The notes under the pieces were generated by a model. That model was not told the origin of the DNA and searched no databases. It worked only from the letters and a program-made list of their open reading frames with translations. Positions 28,617 through 39,595 of a DNA stretch of 64,000 bases are shown here, piece after piece. This DNA comes from Ignavibacteria bacterium (lineage in GTDB: Bacteria; Bacteroidota; Ignavibacteria; Ch128b). Where the stretch lies: contig VGVX01000002.1 in assembly GCA_016873845.1 (NCBI GenBank), positions 9,444 through 73,443 of the forward strand, written 5' to 3'. A program made the translations under genes and the position numbers. The first letter of the stretch is position 1, and each line of letters starts with the position of its first letter.

Positions 28617-30434
28617 ATGAATAAAATTTTAGTATTGCCAGAAAATATTGCTTCGAAGATTGCTGCTGGAGAAGTGGTTCAGCGGCCTGAGTCTGTAGTG
28701 AAAGAACTCATTGAAAACTCGATTGATTCTGGAGCAGACAATATCACATTGATTATTAAAGATGCTGGCAAGTCTTTAATTCAGGTCATCGACAATGGCG
28801 TTGGAATGTCAAAAGAGGATGCAAAGCTTGCTTTCTATAGACATTCAACGAGTAAGATAAAAGAACTTTCAGACCTCGATAATATTCTGACACTTGGTTT
28901 TAGAGGTGAAGCTCTTTATTCAATCGCAGCTGTATCACGGATCGAAATGAAAACAAGAACAGAAACCCAAGAGTTAGGGACTCAGCTCATATTCGAAGGA
29001 GGGGAATTAATCGAAGAGTCCATCGTTAACTGCGAGCGGGGAACATCCATAAGTGTAAAAAATCTTTTTTTCAGTGTGCCGGCAAGAAGAAATTTTCTGA
29101 AAACGAATGCTACAGAGTTCAAACATATTCATGACACTTTCCAACGGATTTCACTAAGTTTCTGTGAGAAGAGGTTTAGTTTTATTGATGACGAAAAACT
29201 CGTTTATGATATGCAGCCCTCATCACTTGAGAAACGGATACAATTTTATTTTGGTGAATCTCAATTGGATTCAATACTGCCTGTTAGTTTTACTTCAGAT
29301 ACGATTGAAGTCAGCGGTTATATTGGAGCTCCGCATTTTGCAAAGCGAAACAAGGGTGAGCAGTTTATTTTTTTAAACGAGAGGTATATTTCAAACCGTT
29401 CAATTGCACATGCGGTTTATAGAGGGTATGAAAATATTTTAGAGAAAGGTGAATTTCCTTTCTTTATTCTTTTCTTAAAACTTGATCCAAAAAAAATTGA
29501 CGTTAATGTACATCCATCCAAACTAGAAGTTAAATTCGATAATGAACAATTAATTTACAGTTCGATCCTTGTAGCAGTAAAAGAAGCATTAACTTCTAAA
29601 GATATTTCACCTAATCTCGAATTCTCAATAGATAACTCATTGAGTGAGAAAACTCGATTTACAAAACCTTCATTGGATAAAAACAGTTTCATAGCGAAAG
29701 AAATTTATTCCTTTAAAGAGAATTACAAAAAAACACAAGAACACGATGTTGGATTTTCTTCTAGATCAAAATCCAAGGTAGATATAATTGATGAGACAAA
29801 TACATTGATAACTGCCTTCTCTATTGACGACGAATCTAAATTTGAAGAGGCAAAACTTCCTTCGAGAGTGGTTTGGCAGCTGCACAATAAATACATTTTA
29901 ACTCCAATCAAAAACGGATTAATGTTGATTGATCAGCATGTTGCTCATGAACGAGTATTGTACGAGAAAGCACTTGAAAGTATTGAAAGCAATCTTCCAT
30001 TCTCGCAGCAATTGTTATTTCCGCAGACTATAGAATTGGCTCGGCCGGATTTTGAACTAGTCACTGAACTGAAAGACCTTCTCCAAAGAATTGGATTTGA
30101 AATTAAAGAATTCGGCAAATCCGCGATAATCATTCAGGGAATTCCTCATGATATTAAAAGCGGAAAGGAGAAAGAAATTTTGCTCGAGATACTTGAATTA
30201 TATCGCGAGTATGAACGTGCTGGACTTACCAACGAGAAAGACAAAATAGCAAAATCATTTGCATGCAAAAGCGCAATTAAAGCAGGGGAAATATTATCAG
30301 AAAAGGAAATGCTGTCTTTAATTGATAATCTATTTCTGACAAAAGTTCCCTACGTCTGCCCGCATGGAAGACCTGTTTTTATTAAATTGTCGATTGACGA
30401 ACTTGACCGAAGATTCGGAAGAACAGTTAAATAG
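28617..30434 (+). CDS. mutL: DNA mismatch repair protein MutL
   Basis: 'IAAGEVVQRPESVVKELIENSIDSGA', 'DNGVGM' and 'GFRGEAL' are GHKL ATPase motifs of MutL. The C-terminal dimerisation domain is also present. Confidence 0.95.
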   Translation: MNKILVLPENIASKIAAGEVVQRPESVVKELIENSIDSGADNITLIIKDAGKSLIQVIDNGVGMSKEDAKLAFYRHSTSKIKELSDLDNILTLGFRGEALYSIAAVSRIEMKTRTETQELGTQLIFEGGELIEESIVNCERGTSISVKNLFFSVPARRNFLKTNATEFKHIHDTFQRISLSFCEKRFSFIDDEKLVYDMQPSSLEKRIQFYFGESQLDSILPVSFTSDTIEVSGYIGAPHFAKRNKGEQFIFLNERYISNRSIAHAVYRGYENILEKGEFPFFILFLKLDPKKIDVNVHPSKLEVKFDNEQLIYSSILVAVKEALTSKDISPNLEFSIDNSLSEKTRFTKPSLDKNSFIAKEIYSFKENYKKTQEHDVGFSSRSKSKVDIIDETNTLITAFSIDDESKFEEAKLPSRVVWQLHNKYILTPIKNGLMLIDQHVAHERVLYEKALESIESNLPFSQQLLFPQTIELARPDFELVTELKDLLQRIGFEIKEFGKSAIIIQGIPHDIKSGKEKEILLEILELYREYERAGLTNEKDKIAKSFACKSAIKAGEILSEKEMLSLIDNLFLTKVPYVCPHGRPVFIKLSIDELDRRFGRTVK

Positions 30435-30443
30435 AGGATTAAC

Positions 30444-32102
30444 ATGAAAAATAATGAAAAGCATAATCAGCAAAAGATGAAATGGAAAGATGAAGCTGAA
30501 AAAATGAAGACGATTGATATAACTTTTGATTCTATCAGCGGAAATAAAAATGAATTGCTCTATTCACCTGAAGATATTCGGCACATGGATTATGAAAAGG
30601 ATCTAAATTTACCAGGTGAATATCCCTACACTCGCGGCATCCACAAAAATATGTACCGCGGTAAGCTTTGGACGATGCGTCAATTTGCTGGCTTCGGTTC
30701 ACCAGAAGATACGAACAATAGGTTCAAATATTTATTAGCTCACGGTCAAACTGGACTCTCAGTTGCGTTTGATTTACCAACTCTTATGGGTTGGGACGCA
30801 GATGCTGAATTAGCTCAGGGTGAAGTCGGTATTTGCGGCGTCGCAATTTCTTCACTAAAGGATATGGAAAAGTTGTTTAATCAAATTCCATTGGGAGAAG
30901 TTTCGACTTCAATGACGATTAATTCTCCTGCAGCAATGATATTCGCATTTTATCTGGCCGTTGCTGAAAAACAAGGAGTGAAATTTTCAAAATTACGCGG
31001 TACACTTCAAAATGATATTTTAAAAGAATACATCGCACAAAAAGAATATATCTTTCCTCCTAATCCTTCGATGAGGATAATCGTTGATATGATTGAATTC
31101 TGTGCAAAAGAAGTTCCGCAGTGGAATCCGGTGTCTATCAGCGGCTATCATATTCGTGAAGCTGGTTCGACAGCTGCCCAGGAACTTGCTTTCACCCTTG
31201 CAGACGGATTTGCATACATTGAAGCCTGCATGGAAAGAGGAATGGACGTTGATAATTTTGCACCACGTCTGTCGTATTTCTTCAATGCACATCTTGATTT
31301 TTTTGAGGAAATTGCAAAATATCGTGCTGCGAGAAGAATTTATGCTAGGAGGATGAAAGAAAAGTACGGTGCTAAAAATCCACGCTCATGGTGGCTTAGA
31401 TTTCATACCCAAACTGCTGGCTGTTCCTTAACTGCTCAGCAACCTGAAAATAATATCATTCGCACTGCGTATGAAGCATTAGCCGGAGTCTTGGGAGGTA
31501 CACAATCGCTTCACACAAACTCAATGGATGAAACGCTGGCTCTTCCAAGTGAAAAAGCTGTAAAGATTGCTCTTCGAACTCAACAAATCATTGCTTATGA
31601 AACAGGTGTTATAAATACAATCGATCCTCTTGGAGGAAGTTATTATATTGAAGCGTTGACAAACAGACTTGAAGAAGAAGCAAATAACTATTTTGAGCAA
31701 ATCGATTCATTAGGAGGTGTGATCCCCGCAATTGAAATTGGTTTCTTCCAAAAAGAGATTGCCAATGCTGCATATCGATATCAAAAGGAAATTGAAGCGA
31801 AGAAGCGAATTATTGTTGGTATAAATGATTTTGTTGAGGAAAAAGAGAAAATCGATATCCCGATTCTCTACATCTCCCCTGAAGTCGAGAAAAAACAAAA
31901 AATGGAATTAGCAGATATAAAGCAAAACAGAAGTCATGAAACAGTTACAGCAAAACTCGAGAATCTGAATTATACAGCCAAGAATGATAAAAATCTTATG
32001 CCTTATATTTTAGATTGTGCCAGAAACTATGTTACTCTTGGCGAAATGTGTGATGAACTAAAAGAAGTCTTCGGTGTTTACGAAGAAAGTGTTGTATTTT
32101 AG
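30444..32102 (+). CDS. Methylmalonyl-CoA mutase family protein: the catalytic (substrate-binding TIM-barrel) subunit, with no fused B12-binding domain
   Basis: '[26 protein letters not shown]', '[14 protein letters not shown]' and '[10 protein letters not shown]' are acyl-CoA mutase N-terminal motifs. At 552 aa it ends before the B12-binding module. Confidence 0.85.
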   Translation: MKNNEKHNQQKMKWKDEAEKMKTIDITFDSISGNKNELLYSPEDIRHMDYEKDLNLPGEYPYTRGIHKNMYRGKLWTMRQFAGFGSPEDTNNRFKYLLAHGQTGLSVAFDLPTLMGWDADAELAQGEVGICGVAISSLKDMEKLFNQIPLGEVSTSMTINSPAAMIFAFYLAVAEKQGVKFSKLRGTLQNDILKEYIAQKEYIFPPNPSMRIIVDMIEFCAKEVPQWNPVSISGYHIREAGSTAAQELAFTLADGFAYIEACMERGMDVDNFAPRLSYFFNAHLDFFEEIAKYRAARRIYARRMKEKYGAKNPRSWWLRFHTQTAGCSLTAQQPENNIIRTAYEALAGVLGGTQSLHTNSMDETLALPSEKAVKIALRTQQIIAYETGVINTIDPLGGSYYIEALTNRLEEEANNYFEQIDSLGGVIPAIEIGFFQKEIANAAYRYQKEIEAKKRIIVGINDFVEEKEKIDIPILYISPEVEKKQKMELADIKQNRSHETVTAKLENLNYTAKNDKNLMPYILDCARNYVTLGEMCDELKEVFGVYEESVVF

Positions 32103-32106
32103 TAAT

Positions 32107-32997
32107 ATGAGCAGTGTAATTAGATTAATACGGGTTAAGCAGTGGATAAAGAATCTATTTCTTTTTGCTCCGCTCGTATTCTCTCAGCATCTTTTTGAAA
32201 GTGATTACTTCGCTAAAGTATTAATTGGATTTATAACATTTTGCTTTCTGTCAAGTGCGGTCTATATTTTGAACGATATTGCTGATGCAGATAGTGATCG
32301 CAGACATCCCATAAAGAAATATCGCCCCATTGCATCAGGTGAGATAAAAATACCGATCGCACTATTACTCGCGGTTTTGTTAATTTTTCTTGTTGTAGTC
32401 TCAGCAGTCAATCAGAATTATAAATTCAACTTAGCTCTCTTTTCATATTTGGGTGTTAACATCGCCTATACTTATAAATTTAAAAATGTTGTACTGCTTG
32501 ATATTTTTTCCATTGCTTTTGGATTTATGGTGCGGATTATCGCAGGAGCTTGGGTAGTTAACATCGAAGTTTCGAGTTGGTTAATACTCTGTACTCTTTT
32601 TCTCTCTTTATTCCTTGCAATCACAAAAAGAAGAAGCGAAATTACTCTTGTTGAAGAACAAAATCTGAATGACACGAGAAAAGTTCTTTCGGATTATTCA
32701 GTTGCATTTGCAGACCAGATGGCAACAATTGTGGCATCCGGAGCTGTGATTTCTTATGCTTTGTATACTGTATCTGAAAGAACAAGGGAGACATTCAATA
32801 CTGAATCCTTAATTTTCACTACTCCGTTTGTAGTGTTCGGAATTTTTCGGTATTTGTATTTAGTGCATAAAAAAAATCTCGGAGAAAATCCGACAGCCGT
32901 TGTTACCACCGATCTGCCAATGATAATTAATCTTTTTCTCTGGCTCTTGTCAGCAATTCTAATTATTTATAAAACGAGTTTTGATGTAAACCTATGA
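32107..32997 (+). CDS. UbiA-family prenyltransferase, decaprenyl-phosphate phosphoribosyltransferase-like
   Basis: 'NDIADADSDRRHPIKKYRPIASGEI' is the first Asp-rich motif of DPPR-synthase-type UbiA enzymes. There are 8-9 TM helices. The start was moved to 32107 to reduce overlap with the mutase gene. Confidence 0.7.
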   Translation: MSSVIRLIRVKQWIKNLFLFAPLVFSQHLFESDYFAKVLIGFITFCFLSSAVYILNDIADADSDRRHPIKKYRPIASGEIKIPIALLLAVLLIFLVVVSAVNQNYKFNLALFSYLGVNIAYTYKFKNVVLLDIFSIAFGFMVRIIAGAWVVNIEVSSWLILCTLFLSLFLAITKRRSEITLVEEQNLNDTRKVLSDYSVAFADQMATIVASGAVISYALYTVSERTRETFNTESLIFTTPFVVFGIFRYLYLVHKKNLGENPTAVVTTDLPMIINLFLWLLSAILIIYKTSFDVNL

Positions 32998-33461
32998 AAA
33001 AAGTTTTTATTCTTTTCAGTGTTATCACATTTTTTGGTTGCACAGCGACAAAGCATGAAACCTCAAATCCGTTAAAAATTGGATTTCAAATTCAAAATCT
33101 TTGGCAGGACTTGATGCCGACTGTATTGCATGAATCAAAAATTTATGCTGACTTTGATCTTGACCTGACAAATTTATTCGACTTCGATATAACCGGTGTC
33201 GCATTAGAAAATTTCAAAATTTTGAATGAACAAAAGAGTCTGTCATTGCCTCTTTATCTTCCAAATACCAGTTTACTTCAGAATTTAACTTTCGGACCGA
33301 ATGAGAATAAAAAATTTCAGATCAGAAGTGAAGCTAATCCGCATACATCCAAATTCTTGATTAACAATGAACGATTCCATATTTCTTTTGATATTCGGAA
33401 TAAAAATAATTTAGTGTTCAATTATGTTTCACCGAGGATCCGAATAGAAAAAGTTTATTAG
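32994..33461 (+). CDS. Hypothetical lipoprotein
   Basis: Signal peptide with a lipobox 'FFGC'. No motif was recognised. Confidence 0.4.
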   Translation: MKKVFILFSVITFFGCTATKHETSNPLKIGFQIQNLWQDLMPTVLHESKIYADFDLDLTNLFDFDITGVALENFKILNEQKSLSLPLYLPNTSLLQNLTFGPNENKKFQIRSEANPHTSKFLINNERFHISFDIRNKNNLVFNYVSPRIRIEKVY

Positions 33462-33463
33462 AA

Positions 33464-34690
33464 ATGACAGAATTATCAATCATAGTAATTTCACTTTTGG
33501 CTTCTGCATATTTTTCTGCGAATGAGATTGCATTTGTTGTTGCTAATAAGATTAAAATTGAAGTGAGAGCTAAACGAGAAATCTTTGGAGCAGTTGCAGC
33601 AAGAAAGATTATTAAAAATCCACAAGAAGTGTTTACAACACTTTTAATCGCTAACAACATTGCGAATATCACTTTCGCAACAGTTAGCGGGTTGTATCTA
33701 ACGTCTTCACTAAATTTGAATGAACTAGAAACTTTGCTTGCCACAACTTTTATCTTATTAATTTTTGGTGAGATTATCCCAAAAGCTTTAACACGAGAAA
33801 TGGCTGATATTTCAATTCTTTATTTTTCTTATCCTTATAAAATAATTAAAGTTGTACTTCTCCCTCTGATAAAAATCTTAAACTCCGTAACAAATCTTTT
33901 ACTCAATCTAATAAAAGTGAAAAGCACAATACCCCAAATATTTGAGAAGGAGGATATAAAAATCCTTTTACGTGAAGGAGAAAGTGTTGGCACGGTTGAT
34001 AGAGAAGATCACGCAATAATCAATAGAGTGATCAAACTTGGTGATCAAAAAGTTTACGGTGCAATGCGTCCGAGGACGGAAATTGTGGCGTGCAGCATTA
34101 ATACGAGTCCACAAGAATTGAATGCAATATTTATCGAATCTGGATATTCGAAAATTCCAGTTTATGAAAATTCAATCGATAACATTATCGGTGTTGTCTT
34201 CACGCAAGATATGTTCACAAAATTTTCGGAAATTAAGGAGATAATAAAGCCCATCAATTTTTATCCGGAGACGAAATTGAGTATTGAACTTCTCCGCGAG
34301 TTTATTGATGAAGATATCTCGATTGGCGTGATAGTTGATGAATACGGCGGTACTGCAGGAATTGTCACTTCAGAAGATTTATTCGAAGAGTTACTTGGCG
34401 AAATTAAAGATGAGTACGATGTTGAAGAAAACATCTGTCGAAAGGTTGGTGAGAATACTTATTTAATAAGCGGCCGATCTGAAATTGAAAATGTAACCGA
34501 AACATTGAAAATCGAAATTCCGGAAGGCAATTATGAAACAATTGCTGGTTACATTATTCTTAAGCTGGGGAAAATTCCTGCTGAGGGGGAAGAATTTAAT
34601 ATTGATCAGTTTAAAATCTCAATTATTAAATCAACTCCTAACCGGATTGACTTAGTTCGAATGATTGAATTAAAAACACCTGAGGGTTGA
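33464..34690 (+). CDS. Hemolysin-family / CNNM (DUF21)-CBS-CorC_HlyC membrane protein (TlyC/CorC-like Mg/Co efflux)
   Basis: An N-terminal 4-TM DUF21 region is followed by a CBS pair ('PRTEIVA', 'IPVYENSIDNIIGVV') and a C-terminal CorC/HlyC transporter-associated domain. Confidence 0.8.
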   Translation: MTELSIIVISLLASAYFSANEIAFVVANKIKIEVRAKREIFGAVAARKIIKNPQEVFTTLLIANNIANITFATVSGLYLTSSLNLNELETLLATTFILLIFGEIIPKALTREMADISILYFSYPYKIIKVVLLPLIKILNSVTNLLLNLIKVKSTIPQIFEKEDIKILLREGESVGTVDREDHAIINRVIKLGDQKVYGAMRPRTEIVACSINTSPQELNAIFIESGYSKIPVYENSIDNIIGVVFTQDMFTKFSEIKEIIKPINFYPETKLSIELLREFIDEDISIGVIVDEYGGTAGIVTSEDLFEELLGEIKDEYDVEENICRKVGENTYLISGRSEIENVTETLKIEIPEGNYETIAGYIILKLGKIPAEGEEFNIDQFKISIIKSTPNRIDLVRMIELKTPEG

Positions 34691-35830
<1,140 letters not shown>

Positions 35831-35842
35831 AGGAGAACTTAC

Positions 35843-36157
35843 TTGATACAATATTTTTTATTATTCGCTCCGCCGCCTGGTGATGGTGGAGGAGGATCCG
35901 GTTTGTTTGGAACATTGATAATGTTCGCAGCAATATTTCTAATTTTTTATTTCCTGATAATCCGTCCACAACAAAAGCGACAAAAGGAAAGAGATAAATT
36001 GCTGGGCGAATTGAAAAAAGGAGATAAAGTCATCACCGGAAGCGGCATTCATGGTACAATTATCGGGATTGAAGAGAAAACAGTTCTCATTCAAGTTAGT
36101 GATAATGTCAAATTGAAATTTGAGCGTAGCGCTGTAGCCACTATTCTATCCGACTGA
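35843..36157 (+). CDS. yajC: Preprotein translocase subunit YajC
   Basis: TM helix 'MFAAIFLIFYFLIIRPQQKRQKE' followed by 'LKKGDKVITGSGIHGTIIGIEEKTVLIQV', the YajC signature. It sits downstream of tgt as in many bacteria. Confidence 0.8.
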   Translation: MIQYFLLFAPPPGDGGGGSGLFGTLIMFAAIFLIFYFLIIRPQQKRQKERDKLLGELKKGDKVITGSGIHGTIIGIEEKTVLIQVSDNVKLKFERSAVATILSD

Positions 36158-36216
36158 TTTTCAAAAAAATAATAGGGGTATAAAAACGAATCATGTTTTT
36201 AAAATAATTGCATTGC

Positions 36217-36241
36217 TGCTGTCACCCGGTCGGTGACAGCA
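36217..36241. promoter_or_regulatory. Perfect 10 bp stem / 5 nt loop hairpin ('TGCTGTCACC cggtc GGTGACAGCA') lying 8 nt upstream of the archease start codon
   Basis: Read directly from the sequence. It is GC-rich relative to the surrounding AT-rich DNA and has no U-tract on the + strand. Confidence 0.4.
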
Positions 36242-36248
36242 AATAATT

Positions 36249-36674
36249 ATGAGCATTGAATTCTTAGAACATACTTCTGACATCGGTGTGCGTGTAATTG
36301 CATCGAAATTGGAAAATGCTTTTGAGGAATCGGCAGCAGCATTGCTTGAACTTATTTTCGGAAATGTGAATGACCTCAACGATAATCTGCAGGGGGATGT
36401 TTCGGAAATTAAGATTAGTGGGATTGATTCCCCCTCACTTCTTGTTAACTTTTTAAATGAAATTCTTTATTTGATAGATTCAGAAAATATCTATCCAAAT
36501 GACATAAAAGTTAAGTTCTTGAATTCAGAGAGGCTGAATTTCAAGTATTGTAAGAAATACTTTGAACTTGAAAATCATCCAATTAATTTGTATGTAAAAG
36601 CAGTGACTTATCATCAGTTAAAAATTATTAATGCTGAGGAAAATGCTATCATCGAATATTTTGTTGATATATGA
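36249..36674 (+). CDS. Archease (RtcB activator / RNA-ligase chaperone)
   Basis: 'FLEHTSDIGVRV' matches the archease EHTADxG motif. 'VKAVTYHQLKI' is the conserved C-terminal strand. Length is 141 aa, with a 4 nt overlap onto rtcB. Confidence 0.8.
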   Translation: MSIEFLEHTSDIGVRVIASKLENAFEESAAALLELIFGNVNDLNDNLQGDVSEIKISGIDSPSLLVNFLNEILYLIDSENIYPNDIKVKFLNSERLNFKYCKKYFELENHPINLYVKAVTYHQLKIINAEENAIIEYFVDI

Positions 36675-38098
36675 ACATTCAAAAAATCTCTGAAGTAAAA
36701 TACCGCATCCCAAAATCGAATTACCCATTCATGAGGGTGGATGGATTAATTTATGCTGATGATATTTTAATTGAAGCAATTAAAAATGATAAGACGATCG
36801 AGCAAGTTGCTAATACAGCTTCGCTGCCGGGAATTATAAATTCGTCGCTTGGGATGCCTGACGCCCATCAGGGATATGGATTTTGTATTGGCGGAGTCGC
36901 TGCAGTTGATTTCAAGGAGGGAGTAATTTCGCCTGGAGGAATCGGCTACGATATTAATTGCGGAGTTCGATTACTAGCGACTGATTTGCAGTTCAATCAG
37001 GTAAAAGCCAAAATCTCGGAATTAGTAAAAAATCTATTCCAAGAAATTCCATCCGGAACCGGAAAAAGTGGAAGATTAAAACTAAGCCATTCTGAATTGA
37101 ATGATGTTATGAAATTGGGGGTCGACTGGTCGATTAAAAGTAAATATGCATTTAACTCCGATCGAGATTTTATAGAAGAACATGGATGCATTCCAAATGC
37201 AAATCCGGAAATGGTTTCCAATCGTGCAAAAGATAGAGGAAGAGATCAATTGGGGACACTTGGTTCAGGAAATCATTTTGTCGAAGTGCAAGTTGTACAA
37301 GAAATATTTGATGATGAGACAGCAAAGGCATTTAATCTCCATAAGGAACAGATCGTAATTCTGGTTCATACAGGTTCACGAGGTTTGGGTCATCAGGTCT
37401 GCACTGATTATTTACGCGAAATGGATGCTGCTATGAAATCGTATGGTATTTCTATGCCTGATAGAGAATTAGCATGTGTGCCAATCGATTCTAAAGAAGG
37501 AAAAAATTATTTAGCAGCTATGGCTTCTGCGGCAAACTTTGCATTCAACAATCGACAATTGATTACATTTAATGTAAGAGAAGTTTTTAAAAGACTATTT
37601 AAAACCGAACAAGTAAAAATTGTTTATGATGTTTGTCATAACATCGCCAAAATTGAAGAACACAACGTCAACTCCGAAAAGAAGAAAGTTCTTGTCCATA
37701 GAAAAGGTGCAACGAGAGCTTTCCCCAAAAAGCATAAGGATATACCGGCAGCTTATAAAGAATATGGGCAGCCTGTGCTAATACCCGGTAGCATGGGGAC
37801 TTATTCGTATGTACTTGTTGGAACCGAGACAGCTATGGAAGAAACATTTGGTTCAACTTGTCATGGAGCTGGAAGGGCGCTTTCCCGCAATAAAGCTAAA
37901 CAGCTCATGACTGCAGACGAAGCGGTTAAAAAGTTGAATGAAAAAGGAATCACTATTCATGCATCAACTCGGAGCGGAATAACCGAGGAAATTCCTGAAG
38001 CATATAAAAATATTTCTTCAGTGGTTGATGTCGTTCACAGAGCAGGTATCTCATTAAAAGTAGCTAAACTTAAACCGATTGGTGTTATAAAAGGTTAA
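36671..38098 (+). CDS. rtcB: RNA-splicing ligase RtcB (3'-phosphate/5'-hydroxyl nucleic acid ligase)
   Basis: 'GYDINCGVRL', 'GSGNHFVEVQ', 'HTGSRGLGHQV' and 'CHNIA' are metal-binding and His-guanylylation motifs of RtcB. Length is 475 aa. Confidence 0.9.
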   Translation: MNIQKISEVKYRIPKSNYPFMRVDGLIYADDILIEAIKNDKTIEQVANTASLPGIINSSLGMPDAHQGYGFCIGGVAAVDFKEGVISPGGIGYDINCGVRLLATDLQFNQVKAKISELVKNLFQEIPSGTGKSGRLKLSHSELNDVMKLGVDWSIKSKYAFNSDRDFIEEHGCIPNANPEMVSNRAKDRGRDQLGTLGSGNHFVEVQVVQEIFDDETAKAFNLHKEQIVILVHTGSRGLGHQVCTDYLREMDAAMKSYGISMPDRELACVPIDSKEGKNYLAAMASAANFAFNNRQLITFNVREVFKRLFKTEQVKIVYDVCHNIAKIEEHNVNSEKKKVLVHRKGATRAFPKKHKDIPAAYKEYGQPVLIPGSMGTYSYVLVGTETAMEETFGSTCHGAGRALSRNKAKQLMTADEAVKKLNEKGITIHASTRSGITEEIPEAYKNISSVVDVVHRAGISLKVAKLKPIGVIKG

Positions 38099-38118
38099 CA
38101 AAAATTTTAAAATAAACT

Positions 38119-39465
38119 ATGATTCAATTTTATATGAAAAAAATAATTTTCATTTTACTGTTTAGTTCTCTTTACACGGTAAGTTTCAGTCAAACTGCGA
38201 AAAAAGTTTATGTGATAGAAATCTCCGGAGAAATTGATCTCGGATTGGCTCCTTATGTAGAAAGAGTTATCAATGATGCAGAAGAAGAAGGATTCCAAGC
38301 GATCCTACTGAAAGTCAACACTTTTGGCGGAAGAGTTGATGCCGCAACTAGGATCAAGGATGCTCTGCTAAAGTCGAATGTTCTAACGATTGCTTTTGTT
38401 AACAATCGAGCAATCTCAGCGGGAGCTTTGATCACTATCTCAGCACAAAAAATTGCTATGGCGCCAGGCTCCTCAATGGGTGCAACAACTGTGGTGGATC
38501 AAAGCGGGCAATACGCTTCTGAGAAATATCAATCTTATATGAGATCAGAGATGCGGTCGACTGCCGAACGGAATAAACGCAGACCAGATATTGCTGAAGC
38601 AATGGTAGATCAAAAAGTAGTGCTAAAGGATTTACCAGAATTGGATGACTCTACAAAACTCCTAACACTCACAACTGAAGAAGCTCATAAATATGGATAT
38701 TGTGATTTTATTTCGTCTGATGTTGTTGAAGTGCTTGAACATTTTGGGATAGAAGATCCTGAGTTGATTTACTCCTCAACTAATTGGGCTGAAGAGGTTG
38801 TCAGGTTTTTAAGCAATCCAATTATCAGCGGAATTTTAATAATGATTGGAATTGTCGGTCTTTTCACTGAAGTTAAAACACCCGGATGGGGATTGCCTGG
38901 TACAGCTGGAATTATCGCCCTCGTTTTATTTTTTGGAACAAATTACATTCTTCAGTTGGCTAATATTTGGGAGATTTTAATTTTCATTATTGGACTTGCA
39001 CTTCTGCTTATTGAAATATTTTATATACCAGGATTCGGCTTTGTAGGTGTCATAGGCATTTTAATGATGATTGGATCAATCTTTTTCGGGCTGCTCAGCG
39101 ATTTTCCAATTGTAACCGGAGATGATATATCTGCTGCAATAATTCAATTAGCATTTTCAATTGTACTTGGAATTATTTCAATAGTAATTTTATCAAAGTT
39201 CTTACCGAAGACAACTGTATGGAATCGTTTGATACTATCTCAGGAAGAAAAAATTCAGGAAGGATTCTCCTCAAATCCTGACCTCAGTTTCTTGTTAGGG
39301 AAAATGGGAAAAGCTGTTACTCAATTGAGACCTGCTGGAATTGCACTGATTGAAAATAAAAGAATTGACGTCGTAACAGAAGGGGAATTTATCGCTGCTA
39401 ATTCTGAAATCTCTGTTATGAAAGTCGAAGGTTCAAAAGTAATAGTCAGAGAGAGTAAAGTCTAA
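38119..39465 (+). CDS. NfeD-family membrane-bound ClpP-class serine protease
   Basis: A signal peptide precedes a ClpP/crotonase-like domain ('AILLKVNTFGGRVDAA', 'NRAISAGALITISA'). Four to five TM helices follow, then a C-terminal OB-fold ('GKAVTQLRPAGIALIENKRIDVVTEG'). Confidence 0.75.
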   Translation: MIQFYMKKIIFILLFSSLYTVSFSQTAKKVYVIEISGEIDLGLAPYVERVINDAEEEGFQAILLKVNTFGGRVDAATRIKDALLKSNVLTIAFVNNRAISAGALITISAQKIAMAPGSSMGATTVVDQSGQYASEKYQSYMRSEMRSTAERNKRRPDIAEAMVDQKVVLKDLPELDDSTKLLTLTTEEAHKYGYCDFISSDVVEVLEHFGIEDPELIYSSTNWAEEVVRFLSNPIISGILIMIGIVGLFTEVKTPGWGLPGTAGIIALVLFFGTNYILQLANIWEILIFIIGLALLLIEIFYIPGFGFVGVIGILMMIGSIFFGLLSDFPIVTGDDISAAIIQLAFSIVLGIISIVILSKFLPKTTVWNRLILSQEEKIQEGFSSNPDLSFLLGKMGKAVTQLRPAGIALIENKRIDVVTEGEFIAANSEISVMKVEGSKVIVRESKV

Positions 39466-39595
39466 TCGAATCTATTCAAACAATAATGTCCTAATGAAAC
39501 AAATTGCATATTAAGCTCTGCAAAGGTCTATTCAAAATTGATCGAGTTCAAGTTTGTTAAATCTTGCTTCAGGTCACTGCGTAATTTATTTAGCT

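Noticed and set aside
36180-36248. Sigma54 (-24/-12) promoter upstream of archease-rtcB, by analogy with E. coli RtcR control
   Set aside because: 'TTGCA' is present at 36208-36212, but there is no GG dinucleotide at the required -24 spacing upstream. No RtcR-like activator gene is nearby.
39466-39595. Direct repeat 'TCTATTCAAA' twice (39470-39479 and 39529-39538) between the convergent nfeD and lipoprotein genes
   Set aside because: It is short and AT-rich, and such a repeat can occur by chance in a 35% GC genome. No flanking structure suggests a mobile-element end or a regulatory site.
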